DNA of 64,000 nt from an uncultured bacterium (lineage in GTDB: Bacteria; Desulfobacterota_D; UBA1144; Nemesobacterales; UBA2774), in the NCBI GenBank assembly GCA_963705505.1, contig CAVPJU010000010.1, positions 736,001 through 800,000 of the forward strand. Direction: 5' to 3'. Positions 60,283 through 64,000 of the stretch are shown here, one piece after another (position 1 is the stretch's first letter; the number at the start of each line of letters is the position of its first letter). The notes under the pieces were generated by a model. The model had not been told where the DNA came from. It worked only from the letters and a program-made list of their open reading frames with translations, and made no database searches. Made by a program: the position numbers and the translations under genes.

Positions 60283-60978
60283 TCACTTAATCAGATCGCT
60301 CAGCCATTTATGCAGGGGGGACATGTCCCTGAATATTTCAAAACAATAATCGACGAAACCGGAGGAATAAATTTCTTCCGGCAGAGGGCTCTCGCGGTAC
60401 GCGTAAAGTCCGTTATGGAGCAATAACTCCGCTCTCGGGTGACCGGGATCATAGCCCGCGGGTACTCTCTTGTAATGCTGTCCGCCTATTTTGTATAACG
60501 GGTTTGCGGTTATTCGCTTTAAAATTCTTTTGAGCTCCGCCCCCCGCTTCGTATGAACCACGGAGTCCCTGTACGGCCTGAGCAGATCGGAGGGAAAACG
60601 GTACTCGCCCGCGCCTACGAAGATCGAGGACTTATTGAGCTGCAGGTAATAATTCGAATTCTCGAGTTTTTTCCTCGCGCCTTCCCAGAAGAGGATGCCG
60701 ACGTGGGTCTTGTAAGGCGTCTTATCCTCGGAAAACCTCGTGTCCCTGTAAAGCCGGAATATCGATTTATCTATTCGCGGAATGGCGGAGATTCGCGGGG
60801 ATATCGTTTTAAGCCTCTCTCCCATTTCGACGACGAACTCCTGAGCTGGTTCCAATACATGTTCGTCGAATACGCTTCGGTGCTCCTCAAACCACTGCCT
60901 TGTATTATTGAGCTCGAGCTCCTTTAAGAACCCGAAAGCTTCTTTTGTAAATCCGCCGAATTTTCTTTCGCTCGTCAT
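60283..60978 (-). CDS. DUF2461 family protein
   Basis: LELNNTRQWF and IFRLYRDTRFSEDKTPYK motifs. Confidence 0.9.
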   Translation of the reverse strand: MTSERKFGGFTKEAFGFLKELELNNTRQWFEEHRSVFDEHVLEPAQEFVVEMGERLKTISPRISAIPRIDKSIFRLYRDTRFSEDKTPYKTHVGILFWEGARKKLENSNYYLQLNKSSIFVGAGEYRFPSDLLRPYRDSVVHTKRGAELKRILKRITANPLYKIGGQHYKRVPAGYDPGHPRAELLLHNGLYAYRESPLPEEIYSSGFVDYCFEIFRDMSPLHKWLSDLIK

Positions 60979-61025
60979 ATAACAGCGCCAGATATTTTAA
61001 ACCGTACCGGAATGCGAAAGCTTAC

Positions 61026-61643
61026 CTAACTATTAGATGAACGAATCTTGCGATAGGATTTTAAATAGTTAATGGCGTGTGCTACGGTTTTCTCGGCCGC
61101 TTCGGAGTCCTTTCTCACCTTCGAAACAAGGAGAGCCCCCTGGACCGAAGCTAGGCAGAAATCAGCCATGGATTCGGGGTCGGCGGTCTCCTTCAATTCC
61201 CCGCGCGACTTAAGCTCATCGAAAAAAGACGAGATGTTGTCCCTTACGTATTCGAATACAAGGTTGACGTCTCGGCGCACGCGTTCATTTTCGGATGCGA
61301 GCTCGTCTCCGATAGAGCCTATGGGACACGACCGTTCATAGTCATACTTTTTTGCCGCCTTTACATGGTCGTGGAAGAAACTTTCGAGGTCGTCCCAGTT
61401 TTCAATTTGTACTCTTACCGGTGCTTTGCCGCTCCTGAAGACATCCAGATAGAACCTGAGCACTTCATGGACTATCTCATCTTTGCTGCCGAAGTAATGG
61501 TAAAACTGACTCTTTCCCGTCCCCGACGCTACGAGTATCTGATCGATGCTCGTAGCCCTGACGCCCTGGCGGTGAAAAAGCTCTCGAGCGGTCTCGATTA
61601 TGACGGCACGGGTCTTATTACCCTTTTCCGATAAAACACTCAT
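61026..61643 (-). CDS. TetR/AcrR family transcriptional regulator
   Basis: ARELFHRQG..TSIDQI...GKSQFYHYFGSK HTH and CPIG motif. Confidence 0.93.
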   Translation of the reverse strand: MSVLSEKGNKTRAVIIETARELFHRQGVRATSIDQILVASGTGKSQFYHYFGSKDEIVHEVLRFYLDVFRSGKAPVRVQIENWDDLESFFHDHVKAAKKYDYERSCPIGSIGDELASENERVRRDVNLVFEYVRDNISSFFDELKSRGELKETADPESMADFCLASVQGALLVSKVRKDSEAAEKTVAHAINYLKSYRKIRSSNS

Positions 61644-61649
61644 CCTATA

Positions 61650-61677
61650 ATTGTACTAATCAGTTCAGTTTTATCAA
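61650..61677 (-). promoter_or_regulatory. tetR promoter with overlapping imperfect palindrome
   Basis: TTGATA-N16-TACAAT-N6-ATG; TGTACTAATCAGTTCA (61652-61667) is 12/16 self-complementary. Confidence 0.55.
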
Positions 61678-61804
61678 ACGGGAATTCGCCGGAAGTAGGA
61701 AGCATGACAGGATGGCGCTTTTTTGGATTCGAGGGCAAGAACCGGAGTGCGGTGTAATAGCGAGATTGATATATTACTTCTAACACACAAACAGGAGGTC
61801 TGTA

Positions 61805-62890
61805 ATGTCTTCTACAATAACGATAGAATATTCTACGATGACTTTACCGCTCAGCGACGATGACAGGTGGGCTGCTGTAAAGAGACGCGACCCGAGGGCA
61901 GACGGCATATTTTACTATTCCGTGCTGACGACGGGCGTTTATTGCCGCCCGTCTTGCGCGTCGCGGTTGGCCCGGCGGGAAAATGTCCGCTTCCATTCGA
62001 CATGTGAAGAGGCCGAGAGTGCGGGCTTCAGACCGTGCAGGAGATGCTGTCCGAATGAGGCGGCGCTCAATGATAAACGAGCAGCTCTGGTCGTGAAAGC
62101 CTGCCGCCTTATAGAGCAGGCGGACGAAACGCTGAGCCTCGATACGCTCGCGAATACACTCGGCATGAGCCGTTTCCACTTTCACCGCGTTTTCAAAGCC
62201 GTGACCGGTCTCACGCCAAAGGCTTATGCAGACGCTCTCCGGGCAAAGCGTGTGAAAGACGAATTGTCCCGAAGAGATAGCGTGACGGGCGCGATCTACG
62301 GCTCGGGCTTCAATTCGAGCGGACGGTTCTACGCCTCGACATCGGATATGCTCGGTATGACGCCCACCGAATTCCGCACTGGCGGCAGCGGTGCATCGAT
62401 CCGCTTCGCCGTCGGTGAATGCTCCCTGGGCGCGATCCTCGTCGCGGCTACGGATAAAGGTGTCTGCGCCATCATGCTCGGCGACGACCCCGATGCACTC
62501 GTACGCGAGATTCAGGACCGATTTCACAAAGCGGAGCTGATAGGCGGCGATAAAGATTTCGAGAAACTCGTCGCGCGTGTCGTCGGCTTTGTCGAAGCCC
62601 CTCGGCTCGGCTTCGATTTACCCCTCGACGTGCTCGGGACTGCCTTCCAGAAGCGGGTCTGGCAGGCGCTGAGTAAAATCCCCGCCGGATCCACGGCTAG
62701 CTACGGGGAAATTGCAGAAATGATCGGAGCGCCGAAAGCCGCGCGCGCCGTGGCCGGGGCCTGCGCGTCCAACATGATCGCGGTCGCTATCCCGTGTCAC
62801 CGCGTGCTGCGTAATGACGGGTCGCTCTCCGGTTATCGCTGGGGGGTCGAGCGCAAGCGTTCACTGCTGGACAGGGAGCGGAATGATTAA
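61805..62890 (+). CDS. ada: bifunctional transcriptional regulator/O6-methylguanine-DNA methyltransferase Ada
   Basis: CRPSC and RPCRRC zinc site, AraC-type HTH, PCHRV active site. Confidence 0.96.
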   Translation: MSSTITIEYSTMTLPLSDDDRWAAVKRRDPRADGIFYYSVLTTGVYCRPSCASRLARRENVRFHSTCEEAESAGFRPCRRCCPNEAALNDKRAALVVKACRLIEQADETLSLDTLANTLGMSRFHFHRVFKAVTGLTPKAYADALRAKRVKDELSRRDSVTGAIYGSGFNSSGRFYASTSDMLGMTPTEFRTGGSGASIRFAVGECSLGAILVAATDKGVCAIMLGDDPDALVREIQDRFHKAELIGGDKDFEKLVARVVGFVEAPRLGFDLPLDVLGTAFQKRVWQALSKIPAGSTASYGEIAEMIGAPKAARAVAGACASNMIAVAIPCHRVLRNDGSLSGYRWGVERKRSLLDRERND

Positions 62891-62907
62891 TGCCCCGGTC
62901 AACCACA

Positions 62908-63498
62908 TCAGATAACCTGATAACCGCGCTTCGTGCTTATGAGCAGTCTTATGAAAATCACTATATGCGTGAATATGATTACCGGGACGACGAATGTAAG
63001 CAGCAAACTCAGAGGGAATTTCAGAAGCTCGATCATCGAGCCGGGCTCGGACAATGCGAGCCTGGCCGCGGTCAGGACGACGAATAGAATATCGATAAGC
63101 CCGAACAGGTTCCATAAGAGATAGAGAGCCCATCCGGTTTTTTTCACAGGTCTGACGAATAAAACCAGAATAAGGGCCGCAGCTGCGGAAACTATATCTC
63201 CCCAACCTCCGGGCACGGCGAAATCGTATGGCAGCCTGCCTTCAGAATGAAGAATCAGGAAATAGATACCGACGAAACGTGTCAGGTGGAAGAGTACGAG
63301 AGCCCTTACGTCAACCGAGAGGCACCAGCTTTTGAAACAGGGAGAAAACGCAAATATAAGGAGCTGGATAATTACGAGTCCCAGGAGAACTACCTGTGGG
63401 AACGGAGGGACAAGCGAAGAGATGAGTCCGGATGCTCCTGCGAAAACGGCTGCCAGAAGCCAGACTGTTACAACGATCGCTACTCTATTTGAATTCAT
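62908..63498 (-). CDS. hypothetical integral membrane protein
   Basis: About six hydrophobic segments with H..RFVG, FAVPGGWGD and WN.FG..D. Confidence 0.8.
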   Translation of the reverse strand: MNSNRVAIVVTVWLLAAVFAGASGLISSLVPPFPQVVLLGLVIIQLLIFAFSPCFKSWCLSVDVRALVLFHLTRFVGIYFLILHSEGRLPYDFAVPGGWGDIVSAAAALILVLFVRPVKKTGWALYLLWNLFGLIDILFVVLTAARLALSEPGSMIELLKFPLSLLLTFVVPVIIFTHIVIFIRLLISTKRGYQVI

Positions 63499-63522
63499 GT
63501 GTGGTTTCGGGTTATCGATACA

Positions 63523-64000
63523 CTATAAAAGAAAACCTTCCGTCTTCCAATCCCTGACAATCTGATCGAGCCCTTCTTTGTAAGTCGGATACTTAGGCGA
63601 CCAGCTCGACCCCGTGCGGAGCTTATTGTTCGACGTATATGTCGATGCGGTGAAAAAATTCACGGCATAGCTTCCCGCGAGAATGCGGCCGAGCCATTCC
63701 GGAATGCGGCGGGGCGCCGGGGCGCCGAGCCGATCGGCGAATCCATTCAGAAACTCGCTCACTCTAACCGGACCGTCGTCCACCACATGCCAGACACCTT
63801 TGAGATCTTCAAGCGCGGCAGTCACGAAGGCTGCCGCCGCATCGTCGACATGAACATTAGACCAGAGAGAATCGCCGCTGCCGATTATCGGAAACTTTCT
63901 TTTTTTGAGTCCTTCGCCGATAGTCCTCGTGTGAGCAGTGTCCGACCCGTAAAAAAAGCCGCAGCGCAGAACTGTAGGGATAAAACCGTATTTCTCTCCC
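63523..64000 (-). CDS. NAD-dependent epimerase/dehydratase family protein, 5' end beyond window edge
   Basis: Frame is open to the window end: VLRCGFFYG...GSGDSLWSNVHVDDAAAAFV...SNNKLR..WSPKYPTYKEG. Confidence 0.82.
   Translation of the reverse strand, partial: GEKYGFIPTVLRCGFFYGSDTAHTRTIGEGLKKRKFPIIGSGDSLWSNVHVDDAAAAFVTAALEDLKGVWHVVDDGPVRVSEFLNGFADRLGAPAPRRIPEWLGRILAGSYAVNFFTASTYTSNNKLRTGSSWSPKYPTYKEGLDQIVRDWKTEGFLL

Overview
This is a gene-dense 64 kb stretch of bacterial chromosome with about 60 CDS. I found no rRNA, tRNA, CRISPR array, integrase or transposase. Gene content and heavy AGR/ATA codon use suggest a Gram-negative, deltaproteobacteria-like lineage such as Ca. Dadabacteria (inference only). 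Housekeeping genes include a partial ECF sigma factor, efp, yacG, gmhA, mutL, ispG, topA, dprA, ugd, hemW, a TolC/MacAB-type exporter, eno, leuCD, the rpoN-hpf-ptsN-hprK-rapZ-EIIA cluster, a Lon-like protease, aat and mscL. The right third holds accessory transport and detoxification genes: AsmA-like, MFS, dienelactone hydrolase, OprB porin, carboxylesterase, GST, MhqO/MhqD-like, TetR and ada. Best leads: (1) an EF-P with Gln at the position of the modified Lys34 (loop KMAQR); (2) a ~5 kb block separating dprA from topA with two orphan atypical LuxR regulators, one behind a symmetric sigma54 motif, plus ugd and an OmpA/secreted-protein pair; (3) a sigma54-like site just downstream of the rpoN sigma70 promoter; (4) an uncharacterised secreted protein built from three homologous domains; (5) two intergenic mosaics of REP-like palindromes; (6) a frameshifted FG-GAP lipoprotein and a truncated HxlR regulator; (7) several apparently leaderless genes. 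The sequence alone does not prove a large novel system; these are hypotheses to test.
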